19,898 nucleotides of DNA from Candidatus Altiarchaeota archaeon (GTDB lineage: Archaea; Altiarchaeota; Altiarchaeia; IMC4; QMZM01), in NCBI GenBank assembly GCA_038891095.1, contig JAWAEV010000010.1, positions 1 to 19,898 on the forward strand. The letters are read 5' to 3'. The notes beneath the pieces were generated by a model, which saw only the letters and a program-made list of their open reading frames with translations, was not told the DNA's origin and did not search any database. Positions 1-7,878 of this stretch are shown in pieces; position 1 is the first letter of the stretch; every line of letters begins with the position of its first letter. The translations under genes were made by a program, and so were the position numbers.

Positions 1-66
1 ATATTAGTGAGCAATGGTATATGCAATATATGCTATCAAAAACTAGTGAAAGGTAAAGATTTTTGA
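1..66 (+). CDS. possible 3' end of an upstream gene with a CxxC motif (partial)
   Basis: Frame 1 reads ILVSNGICNICYQKLVKGKDF* and is open from the window edge; too short to assign a family. Confidence 0.35.
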   Translation: MLVSNGICNICYQKLVKGKDF

Positions 67-101
67 TTTTTTAGTATAATTCACAAGAATAATCGAGAAA
101 A

Positions 102-753
102 ATGGGATTCATTGACAGACGCGAGAGGGACAATGGCAAACAGGATAACCGGAATTTTATCTTGATGACAATCTTCCTCATAGCCATTATTGCTATTGGA
201 TATACTGCAAACAAAAAACCTTCCGACTCTGGACCTATTGGGAAGGCTGTTTCTTATAGCGATTATTCAGAACATTGCAAAAATTATACTTTGGTAAGAT
301 ATGTATGCTCAAATGGCGCAATTGTCGATAACACCGCAAATTGTTTTTCTTCTATTGTAACAATTTCTGGAACAGCAACAACAATTGCCACAAAAACAAA
401 TGCCAATAAATTTTCAGTAAGGAGATGCATCTCTGGCAGATGTGTGGAAGTAGAAATTTCTAAGGAATTTGATTTTCTCTATAGCGAATGCACAGTAGAC
501 AATGACTGCTATGATATTGTTTGTCATAGAAAAACAACCACTGCAACAACCTAGACAATAAGCACAACAACAACCACTACAACATCAACTACCACCTACA
601 ATTCGTGATGATTGTACAATACTTGGCTGTCCTCCAGGCACAAAATTTGTAGGCAGTAAAAAAATAACAGATGCTAATAGAGTATGCCTAATGACTGAAG
701 AGGAAGCACAACAATATGGATTTGTACCTTGTCCTATAAAAGAATTATTTTGA
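102..753 (+). pseudogene. disrupted membrane-anchored Cys/Thr-rich protein with C-terminal Ada-like metal-binding domain remnant
   Basis: ORF 102-554 has an N-terminal TM and Cys-rich part and stops at TAG 552-554 within a poly-Thr linker. The linker continues in frame (TISTTTTTTTSTTT). After a +1 shift near 595 the frame reads TIRDDCTILGCPPGTKFVGSKKITDANRVCLMTEEEAQQYGFVPCPIKELF* to TGA 751-753. Confidence 0.65.
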
Positions 754-1782
754 CTATACCCCTGATAAAATTCTCCTTATTACTTCATCAGTACTTATGC
801 CTCTTCTTTCAGATTCAAAATTTAGAATTAGCCTATGTCTCAAAACAGGAAACGCCATCTCTGCAATATCTTTCCTTGAAACATAAGTTCTACCTTCAAT
901 TAATGCTTTTGCTTTTGATGCTAAAACCAAGGCGATTGATGCTCTTGGAGAGGCACCATATTCTAGGAATTCCTTTGCTATATCACTATTCTCAGGTCTC
1001 GTTCTTGTAACAACCTCTAAAGCATAATTTTTATTTTCTTCTGATATTGGAACTTTTCTTGTTAGTTCCTGTATGGTAAGTAATGTGTTTTTATCAAGAA
1101 CTTTTTTTGTTTTTGGTATTACATCAGATGTGTATCTCGTAATAATCTGGCCCTCTTCTTCCTTTTTTGGATATCTCACAAGAATTTTTAGCATGAATCT
1201 ATCAATTTGTGCTTCTGGTAAAGGATATGTGCCTTCCATTTCGATTGGATTTTGAGTTGCAAGAACAAAAAAAGGGTCTTCTAATGGATAAGTGGCATTA
1301 CCTATGCTGATTTGTCTTTCTTGCATTGCTTCAAGTAGAGCAGATTGAGTTTTAGGAGTTGCTCTATTTATCTCATCTGCAAGAAGTATATTTGTAAATA
1401 CTGGTCCTTGTTCAAATCTAAATGCTTTTTTACCTTCAACTTCTTCAATAATGTATGTACCTGTTATGTCAGATGGCATTAAGTCAGGAGTGCATTGAAT
1501 CCTTTTAAATTTCAAGTCCATTAAAGAGGCAATAGTTGAAATTATTAATGTTTTCCCTAATCCAGGAAAGCCTTCTAAAAGAGCATGATTTTTTGTAAAT
1601 ATTGCGATAAGAATTTGTAATATAACCTCATCTTGGCCAACAACAACTTTCGATAGCTCATTCTTCAAATTTTTATAAATTAATCCAATACCGGAGTAAA
1701 CCCTTTCTAATTCTTCATCTACTCTTTTTTCTTCATTACTAAGGACAGTCTTTCCTATACCTATACCTACTGGAGCAGCCAT
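754..1782 (-). CDS. moxR: MoxR-family AAA+ ATPase
   Basis: Walker A GFPGLGKT, RIQCTPDLMPSDITG, Walker B LLADEINR, ATQNPIEMEGTYPLPEAQIDRF, GASPR. Confidence 0.95.
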   Translation of the reverse strand: MAAPVGIGIGKTVLSNEEKRVDEELERVYSGIGLIYKNLKNELSKVVVGQDEVILQILIAIFTKNHALLEGFPGLGKTLIISTIASLMDLKFKRIQCTPDLMPSDITGTYIIEEVEGKKAFRFEQGPVFTNILLADEINRATPKTQSALLEAMQERQISIGNATYPLEDPFFVLATQNPIEMEGTYPLPEAQIDRFMLKILVRYPKKEEEGQIITRYTSDVIPKTKKVLDKNTLLTIQELTRKVPISEENKNYALEVVTRTRPENSDIAKEFLEYGASPRASIALVLASKAKALIEGRTYVSRKDIAEMAFPVLRHRLILNFESERRGISTDEVIRRILSGV

Positions 1783-1816
1783 AAATATCTATTAAAATTA
1801 TGAGATAAAAAAGGAA

Positions 1817-2743
1817 CTATGCTTCTTTCTTTTTCTCCTCCTCTGCGAGTAATTTTTCAAAATATTTTTTCACAATCTCTTCATACTTCAAAGACTCTTC
1901 ACTTGGTATTTCTGAAGCTTTAGCTTCTTTTATTGAAATTTCCTCAGAAAATTTTCTTGTTTTTTGTTCTTTAATTTCAATTTCGCCACCGTATTCAGGA
2001 TAAACACGCATTATAACATTCTCACCATAAATTTTTACCGATTTCTTCTCAGAGAAGATGTCAGTATCTTCAACTGAGCCAGCACCTTGACCTCTGCCAG
2101 GAATTGGGCCTTTGCTAAACCCTGGTATTTCGCCTTTATCACCTAAGCCTATCTTTTCTTTTTCTTTAACATTGGTATAATTACTTTTCTCAAATTCTTC
2201 AAAATTTGCATTTCCCTCAGGTGTCATCGAAGTAAAAAGTGTTAATCCCTCTGGCATAATCCCACCAAAGAAATTTAAAAAATTTAAATTTTTCTTAAGA
2301 GTTAAGACATTGAAATTCCATGCAGAAAATAGCATAAAAATAAAAATTATCGCCATAGCTAAAAAAATTTTTAATGAAATTTCTCTCATGTTGATAAATT
2401 CAGATTCTTCAAGAGAATCAATTACAGCTGAGGTTTCTCTAAGCAATTTCTTTACAATAAAATTTTTCTCTGTTCTATTATCATATGCTGTTTTCAGTTT
2501 TTCTTCAATTTCAGGGCAATTTTTACAAGTTTTATAAATTGCTTTTGATTCATCATACTTTTGTACAAATTTAAAGACAAAATAAAATATTGCTGGAAAA
2601 ATTCCATAGAGCCAAAAAATTCTTAGAAAGTTAAGAATTAGCATACTAAAAAGGAAGATAAGTATCGAATCTAAAGTGATTGAAAAAATTTCTAACTTTT
2701 TCAGAGTTTTTCTGAGATCAGTAATTTTATATTCAAGATCCAT
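1817..2743 (-). CDS. uncharacterised membrane protein (about 3 TM plus Gly-rich/acidic C-terminal tail), MoxR-adjacent
   Basis: 308 aa ORF; two N-terminal hydrophobic helices, a third near residues 125-145, and a GPIPGRGQGAG low-complexity segment; 34 bp upstream of moxR on the same strand. Confidence 0.75.
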   Translation of the reverse strand: MDLEYKITDLRKTLKKLEIFSITLDSILIFLFSMLILNFLRIFWLYGIFPAIFYFVFKFVQKYDESKAIYKTCKNCPEIEEKLKTAYDNRTEKNFIVKKLLRETSAVIDSLEESEFINMREISLKIFLAMAIIFIFMLFSAWNFNVLTLKKNLNFLNFFGGIMPEGLTLFTSMTPEGNANFEEFEKSNYTNVKEKEKIGLGDKGEIPGFSKGPIPGRGQGAGSVEDTDIFSEKKSVKIYGENVIMRVYPEYGGEIEIKEQKTRKFSEEISIKEAKASEIPSEESLKYEEIVKKYFEKLLAEEEKKKEA

Positions 2744-2755
2744 AATTTCTTCTAC

Positions 2756-3484
2756 TTATGCTTTTTTCAATGAATTTTTTATTAAATTTATGCTCGTGCG
2801 CAAGTTTTCAACTTTACTCTTTAGAGAGTTAATAGCAGTTGAAACATCTCCTGCTTTTTCATTAAAATCTGCCCTTAAATTTGGATCTTCAATTTCATTA
2901 ATCAACTTCTCTAATTTATCAAGTTCACTATCAATTGTATTAACTAATCCTTGTAAGTCGGTTGTTGTCTTATCCACGCCATTAGAGCCACTAATCTCAG
3001 AGTTTATTTCATTCACAATACTATTCAGAAGATTTATTCTTTTGTTTGCAGCGTTTAATTCCTGGTTTTTTATCTCATAATTTTTCTTCCAAAGTTCTAA
3101 ATCTTGCTTTGTTTCTGTGTATTGCAATTTCCATTTATCCCTTTCTTTTTCAGTATCTCTCAAATTTTCTTGAAGCTCCTCTCTGATGCTCTTTTCCTTT
3201 GTATAAAATTCTCCAAGTGTTGAAACTTTTTGCTCTGACAAATTTAACTCCTTTATGATATCATTCAGGATTCTCTCTCGCTCTGCTAATTCTAAATTTT
3301 TTTTATTCACTTCGCTTATTGTTTCATTTAATTCATGACTCAAATTTTCAACATTCTTTAGAGCAATATTATAGCGGAGTATCAAATTTTCATAATTGCT
3401 GTTAAAATAAAGAGCCAATGCTATCATTGAAATTAAAACAATTACAATTAATGCAAAGAGAAATAAGTTAACATTTTTTTTCAT
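2756..3484 (-). CDS. membrane-anchored long coiled-coil protein
   Basis: N-terminal TM (LFLFALIVIVLISMIALALYF) followed by about 200 aa of E/K/L/N heptad-like sequence. Confidence 0.8.
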   Translation of the reverse strand: MKKNVNLFLFALIVIVLISMIALALYFNSNYENLILRYNIALKNVENLSHELNETISEVNKKNLELAERERILNDIIKELNLSEQKVSTLGEFYTKEKSIREELQENLRDTEKERDKWKLQYTETKQDLELWKKNYEIKNQELNAANKRINLLNSIVNEINSEISGSNGVDKTTTDLQGLVNTIDSELDKLEKLINEIEDPNLRADFNEKAGDVSTAINSLKSKVENLRTSINLIKNSLKKA

Positions 3485-3519
3485 TTATATAAAGATATTA
3501 GACTTCAGATATTTTAACT

Positions 3520-3951
3520 TTATATATCACACACAACTTGTGCCATCCAGCCTTTCTCTGTTTTCTTTACAAATAAGTCATGATATGTAATGGCTTTTAC
3601 CTCAGTGCTTACCTTGTGTTTTTTTCTATCAAATTTTTCCCCAAAAACAGATGCTTTTAAGTAGTATTCCCCATTTTGAGAAATTTTCACCTCAAATTTT
3701 TTTAGAATCAGTGAAGATGTCTCAAAAATAAACAAAAGTTCTGATAGAAAATCATGCAGTAGGATTTCTATACTCTCACTTTTAAGTTCTATCTCTTTTT
3801 TTATTTTTATAGAAACTAAATCAATATTTTCCAACATAGCATAGAAGATTGCCATTGCAGAATTCTGGAAGAGTTCATCAAGAGTTTTTCCATAGGCAAT
3901 AAATTTTAGATCAGCAGTATGTTCTAAAAATTCAAAATGCTCTTTATACAT
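3520..3951 (-). CDS. archease (RtcB tRNA ligase cofactor)
   Basis: FEFLEHTAD N-terminal motif, EVKAITYH, C-terminal DI; ATG at 3951 chosen over TTG at 3957. Confidence 0.93.
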   Translation of the reverse strand: MYKEHFEFLEHTADLKFIAYGKTLDELFQNSAMAIFYAMLENIDLVSIKIKKEIELKSESIEILLHDFLSELLFIFETSSLILKKFEVKISQNGEYYLKASVFGEKFDRKKHKVSTEVKAITYHDLFVKKTEKGWMAQVVCDI

Positions 3952-3953
3952 TC

Positions 3954-4136
3954 TCAATCAAAGATTTCGATAACTTTTGAGTTTATCTCTGCTAAGCCAC
4001 CCTTTGGAATTGCAAGAACTTTATCGCAGACCAAACATTTAACAATAGTTTTTGCATGGTTAAAAATTACCTGTTCATTTCCACAATCATCACATTTAAC
4101 CCTCAAAAATTTACTTTTTTGTTCTTTAAGTATCAT
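3954..4136 (-). CDS. rps27e: 30S ribosomal protein S27e
   Basis: SKFLRVKCDDCGNEQVIF...VKCLVC...PKGG, C4 zinc finger. Confidence 0.96.
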   Translation of the reverse strand: MILKEQKSKFLRVKCDDCGNEQVIFNHAKTIVKCLVCDKVLAIPKGGLAEINSKVIEIFD

Positions 4137-4137
4137 T

Positions 4138-4419
4138 TTACTTTATCGTTATTTGTTTTTTTGTTCTTGATGAATAAACTCTTTGATGCTTTTTACCGCA
4201 AACTTTACATTTCAATATCAATACAGCTCTCTTCCCAACTTTATAAACTGGTTTTTTTGGAGTTCTTGGAGAACCACCATAACCTTTTTTTATCTCTTCA
4301 TATTTTCTTCTACCTCTTGACATCGCCCTCTCTTTACCTTTCCTACTTAGTTTAACTTCATTCTCAGTTCTTTTATTGCAATATTTGCAGTATGTTTTTA
4401 TAACAGCTGGAATTTTCAT
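4138..4419 (-). CDS. rpl44e: 50S ribosomal protein L44e (eL42)
   Basis: MKIP...TYCKYC, GYGG, LKCKVCGKKH; directly upstream of rps27e, the usual archaeal order. Confidence 0.96.
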   Translation of the reverse strand: MKIPAVIKTYCKYCNKRTENEVKLSRKGKERAMSRGRRKYEEIKKGYGGSPRTPKKPVYKVGKRAVLILKCKVCGKKHQRVYSSRTKKQITIK

Positions 4420-4485
4420 CTTACTTTACTATTTTAAAAAAGAAAGTTAAAAATCAGGCAATTTATCTTTAGAAAAAAGTCGAAG

Positions 4486-4572
4486 ATGTTCATCAGAAGC
4501 TACCCTTATCTTCATAGCTTAAAATTGGCAAAGGCCAATGCTCAGTCTGGAACGGTATCATCACATGAACAT
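4486..4572 (-). ncRNA. box C/D 2'-O-methylation guide sRNA
   Basis: Minus strand: ATGTTCA-T-GTGATGA (C box, 4564-4558), TACCGTTCCAGA (12-nt guide), CTGA (D', 4545-4542), GC-ATTGGC-CTTT-GCCAAT-TTTAA-GC-T, ATGAAGA (C', 4515-4509), TAAGGGTAGCTT (12-nt guide), CTGA (D, 4496-4493), TGAACAT. Perfect 7-bp terminal stem; T-tract follows at 4478-4473. Confidence 0.88.
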
Positions 4573-4636
4573 TATAATATTAAAATTTTTGGTAAAAAAT
4601 AAAAATTGTAGGTAATAAATAAATCTAGAATAAAAT

Positions 4637-5017
4637 TTATTCTGCTACCGTAACATTACTACCTGTTTGTAAATTTTTTAACATAGTTTGAATTTCATTT
4701 CTCATCTCTGATAGCTTCTCAGTTAATCTTTTCTCCTCTTTTTCAAACATTTTTGTTCTGGTATCTATTATGCTCTGCTCCTCATTTAATTTTTTCTTTG
4801 ACTCTTCTTTTGTTGTTTCTATTAGCAAAGGACCTGAGACCTTGTAAATCTTAGCATTATTTTCAATTTTTTCTAACTCCTCAAGAGCATTTTTAATTTC
4901 AATAGACTGCCTTAGCAACTGTTGCTTTTGTAGTGTTATCAGCTGCAATTGTTTTTGTAAATTTTCAAATTGTATCAACTTATCCTGAACCTGCTTTGGG
5001 ATTTCAACTTCATCCAT
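4637..5017 (-). CDS. pfdB: prefoldin subunit beta
   Basis: EIPKQVQ...Q-rich coiled coil, ALEEL, IYKVSGPLLIE beta-hairpin; downstream of pcc1 as commonly seen in archaea. Confidence 0.93.
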   Translation of the reverse strand: MDEVEIPKQVQDKLIQFENLQKQLQLITLQKQQLLRQSIEIKNALEELEKIENNAKIYKVSGPLLIETTKEESKKKLNEEQSIIDTRTKMFEKEEKRLTEKLSEMRNEIQTMLKNLQTGSNVTVAE

Positions 5018-5029
5018 TTTAACTGGACA

Positions 5030-5329
5030 TCATATAATATTCGGATTTGGACTATTAAAGGCAATTTGTTTTTTATGGATATCGCTGTTGCTTTCCTCAA
5101 TTAATTTACAGCATATTATTAGCCATCTTAAATATGTATTCATCGCAGCTCTCATAGCAGAAAGATCCTTTGATTTTATTATAATTTTTAAAATTTTATC
5201 TTTTTTACTATAAAAAATTGATACTGAAGATCTTGACATTTCGTGAGTTTTTGATTCTAATGAAATTGCTTTCTCACAAATTTTTCCAATATCCTCCTTA
5301 ATTTTAAAATCCATCTCTAATATATTCAT
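5030..5329 (-). CDS. pcc1: KEOPS complex subunit Pcc1
   Basis: RSSVSI...LKIIIKSKDLSAMRAAMNTYLRW motif. Confidence 0.88.
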   Translation of the reverse strand: MNILEMDFKIKEDIGKICEKAISLESKTHEMSRSSVSIFYSKKDKILKIIIKSKDLSAMRAAMNTYLRWLIICCKLIEESNSDIHKKQIAFNSPNPNII

Positions 5330-5344
5330 TTCAGAGCAAAAAGT

Positions 5345-6127
5345 TTAAAATAACTTCACAGCTTTATCAATAAGTTCACCTAACTGTAGTCTACCACAAT
5401 TTTTTCTGTTTTCTTTTGCCAATTCAAATTTAGGATTTGCAATTATTGCATTGTCAAAACTTTGAATGGCTTCATCATATCTTTTTAGTGTACATAAAAC
5501 AACTCCTCTTCCGTTCCAAGCTTCTTCATAGCCAACATCTAAATCAATCGCAAAATCAAAGCATTTTAATGCACCTTCATAATTTTGAATTTTGTAGAGT
5601 AATTTACCTAAGTTGTTCCACATCTCTTTTGATCTGTTATTTATTTCAATTGCTTTATTATACGAAATAAGAGCATTATTATAATCTCCCTTCATTTCAA
5701 ATGTCACAGCTCGTTCATTCCATGCGATCCAATTGCTTTCATTTATATCGATTAATTTATCAAAATATTTGACTGCATCATCATATTTTTTCATCGAGCG
5801 AAGTAAATTTGCTTTCCTTTCTAACGCTGGTTGAAAATTTTCATCAATTTGTAGAGATTTATCATAACAAAGTAGTGCATCTTCAAACCTTTGCAATTTT
5901 TCTAATGTTGCGCCCTTATTGAACCATGAAATTTTTCTATTTGAATCAACTTTTAATGCATTATCAAAATAAATCAAAGCACTTTCATAATTGCCCTCAT
6001 TGAATTTTTTCAATCCTTCAACGCTCAGAAATTCTGGTAATTGAAATCTTACAAAATATACAAGAAAAAGAAGGATAGATAAAAAAACTATCAAATAGAC
6101 TGCTTTCTTAAGCTCTATTGGTTTCAT
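5345..6127 (-). CDS. membrane-anchored tetratricopeptide repeat protein
   Basis: N-terminal TM then about 6 TPR units (WFNKG..L..L..Y.DAL..YDKAL pattern). Confidence 0.9.
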   Translation of the reverse strand: MKPIELKKAVYLIVFLSILLFLVYFVRFQLPEFLSVEGLKKFNEGNYESALIYFDNALKVDSNRKISWFNKGATLEKLQRFEDALLCYDKSLQIDENFQPALERKANLLRSMKKYDDAVKYFDKLIDINESNWIAWNERAVTFEMKGDYNNALISYNKAIEINNRSKEMWNNLGKLLYKIQNYEGALKCFDFAIDLDVGYEEAWNGRGVVLCTLKRYDEAIQSFDNAIIANPKFELAKENRKNCGRLQLGELIDKAVKLF

Positions 6128-6142
6128 ATTCTGCTGTCTAAT

Positions 6143-7075
6143 TTAATTAGAAAGCCTCTCTCGAACTGGAAAATTTTTTATTAAATTTCTGTTCTTAAAT
6201 TCTCTTATCAAGTCTTCGCACCTATTTTTTATTGCGGATTCTGGTATCTCAGGCAGAGGGATAATCCTTTCAGTTTCTTTATCTTTTGTGATCCTACCTG
6301 CAAGATAAATTGCTGCTGCAGCCATTGACATAGGCACTTTTCCTGAGATGATACCTTCCTTTCTTGCTATCTCTAAAATTTCAATAGCCTTTGCTTCAGT
6401 CTCACCCGAAATTCCTATTAATGAGGCAAGTCTTGGTACATAATCTGATGCACTTACTATAGGCATTCTTAGGCCAAGTCTTCTGCATATAATCCTATAA
6501 CTTCTACCAATATCTTTTCTAGTCACACCAGAGACTTTTGATAACTCTTCTAAAGTTTTTGGATTTTGATTTTTCTTAGATATAAGATAAATTATTGCAG
6601 CAATTACACTTTCAATTGACCTTCCTCTAACAATACCTTTATTAACACATTTTCTATAAAGTCTAGCACATTCCTCCTTTATGTTATTTGCAATATTTAA
6701 ATGAGCGCACATTCTGTCTAATTCTGGCAAAGCTATTGATAAATTCCTATCAACTGAAGTTCCCATTCTTGAGCGTATCTGCCATTTCCTAAGTCTATAT
6801 AGCTGTGCTTTTCTTTCAGATGGAATTGCTGACCCTTTTATGTCGCGGTCATATCTGTCTATCTCAGTTGTTAAACCTATGTTCTGCTTAGCAAGTTTTA
6901 TTGGCGAACCAGTTCTTGTTCTCTTGCTAATTTGCTCTTCATCAAATGCTCTCCACTCAGGACCAAAATCAAAAACAGTTTCATAAATAACGAGGCCACA
7001 ATCCTTGCATATAACCTCGCCACGTTTGTAGTCAGTTATCACATGTTGGCCCCCACATAATTTACATCTTTCCAT
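6143..7075 (-). CDS. tfb: transcription initiation factor IIB (TFB), divergent C-terminal HTH
   Basis: Zn ribbon CKLC...CKDCG, B-reader GPEWRAF, linker LYRLRKWQ, cyclin repeats with RGRSIE and SGKVP; ATG at 7075 chosen. Confidence 0.93.
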   Translation of the reverse strand: MERCKLCGGQHVITDYKRGEVICKDCGLVIYETVFDFGPEWRAFDEEQISKRTRTGSPIKLAKQNIGLTTEIDRYDRDIKGSAIPSERKAQLYRLRKWQIRSRMGTSVDRNLSIALPELDRMCAHLNIANNIKEECARLYRKCVNKGIVRGRSIESVIAAIIYLISKKNQNPKTLEELSKVSGVTRKDIGRSYRIICRRLGLRMPIVSASDYVPRLASLIGISGETEAKAIEILEIARKEGIISGKVPMSMAAAAIYLAGRITKDKETERIIPLPEIPESAIKNRCEDLIREFKNRNLIKNFPVRERLSN

Positions 7076-7138
7076 TTTGTAATAAATTCTCCACAATAAT
7101 TTAAAGGAAAAATTATAAAACAGAGGCGATATCTACAA

Positions 7139-7174
7139 TCAGAAGTTAAAAATAAGTTCGATATCCACCTCCAA
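7139..7174 (-). other. putative 11-aa leader uORF (MEVDIELIFNF) in the tfb 5' region
   Basis: Perfect SD GGAGGTGA (7186-7179) 4 nt before TTG at 7174; TGA at 7141-7139; overlaps an inverted repeat. Confidence 0.35.
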
Positions 7175-7233
7175 AACCTCACCTCCCTTTTTAAATAATT
7201 TAAACTCAAATGTTATTTATATTACAATTCGCC

Positions 7234-7249
7234 TATAAATACTTTTCGG
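7234..7249 (-). promoter_or_regulatory. BRE-TATA promoter upstream of tfb
   Basis: Minus strand CCGAAAAG-TATTTATA matches the archaeal BRE + TATA consensus. Confidence 0.6.
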
Positions 7250-7270
7250 TTTTTCTTTCTCTTATTGAGA

Positions 7271-7858
7271 TTAAATAACCTTAAGAAATTCTAATATAAA
7301 CAGAAGCATGCCTACAATAATCCCGGCAGAGAGTGTTTTTATTCCTTCTTTTATTGGATTCTCCACTGCAATTTTTCCAACTATAAAACCTAATGAAAAG
7401 AGCATACTCAGAATTAACATAAAAGAAATAAAAAAACCATACTCTAAAGAAAAAAAATTCATAGATGAAAGTATAAATGGCATAGATAGAAGTAAAGAAA
7501 CAAGGAAAGGAGATAGTCCGTCAACTAAAGCCACTAATATTGAAACTTGTGCAAGTTTTCTACCAATTTTAGTTTCATCTAAATCTGTCATAAGATGTTT
7601 TTCCAATTCTTTCAGTTCTCTTAGCCTTTCAGCTCTTTCTGCAGCATAAGCCCCATAAATTCCAGAAACAAACATTGCAATTCCTGCTCCTAAGCATGAT
7701 ACTACAATTATTTTTGCTTCTTTAACATTAGCAAAGAATAAGGCTATTAGTAAACCAAGAATTGTTAGTGCACCATCGAAAGAATTCATCACAAAGTATC
7801 TTCTTATTATGTTATCTTTACCCAAAAATTTTAAATATTTTAAAAGTTTAAATTTCAT
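7271..7858 (-). CDS. VIT1/CCC1-family membrane protein (archaeal metal transporter-like)
   Basis: RRYFVMNSFDGALT, SGIYGAYAAERAE, about 5 TM helices. Confidence 0.85.
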   Translation of the reverse strand: MKFKLLKYLKFLGKDNIIRRYFVMNSFDGALTILGLLIALFFANVKEAKIIVVSCLGAGIAMFVSGIYGAYAAERAERLRELKELEKHLMTDLDETKIGRKLAQVSILVALVDGLSPFLVSLLLSMPFILSSMNFFSLEYGFFISFMLILSMLFSLGFIVGKIAVENPIKEGIKTLSAGIIVGMLLFILEFLKVI

Positions 7859-7878
7859 TTATACTTTGGCTTTTAACT

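Noticed and set aside
552-554. In-frame TAG as pyrrolysine or stop-codon reassignment
   Set aside because: Readthrough hits TGA at 606 and needs an additional frameshift. TAG is a normal stop for other genes here (atpK, the surface protein), and there are no pyl genes in the window.
530-600. ACA/ACC/ACT repeat tract as a non-coding repeat element
   Set aside because: Explained by poly-Thr codons of the disrupted gene.
4486-4572. TIGR-like tandem C/D-box guide array or CRISPR mini-array
   Set aside because: Only one unit with two 12-nt guides, no tandem repeats, and no adjacent Nop-domain or cas gene; fits an ordinary C/D sRNA.
7121-7171. Fluoride or other known riboswitch, or SECIS-mediated readthrough of the uORF TGA
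   Set aside because: It lacks the consensus elements I know for those RNAs, and the TGA is followed two codons later by TAG.
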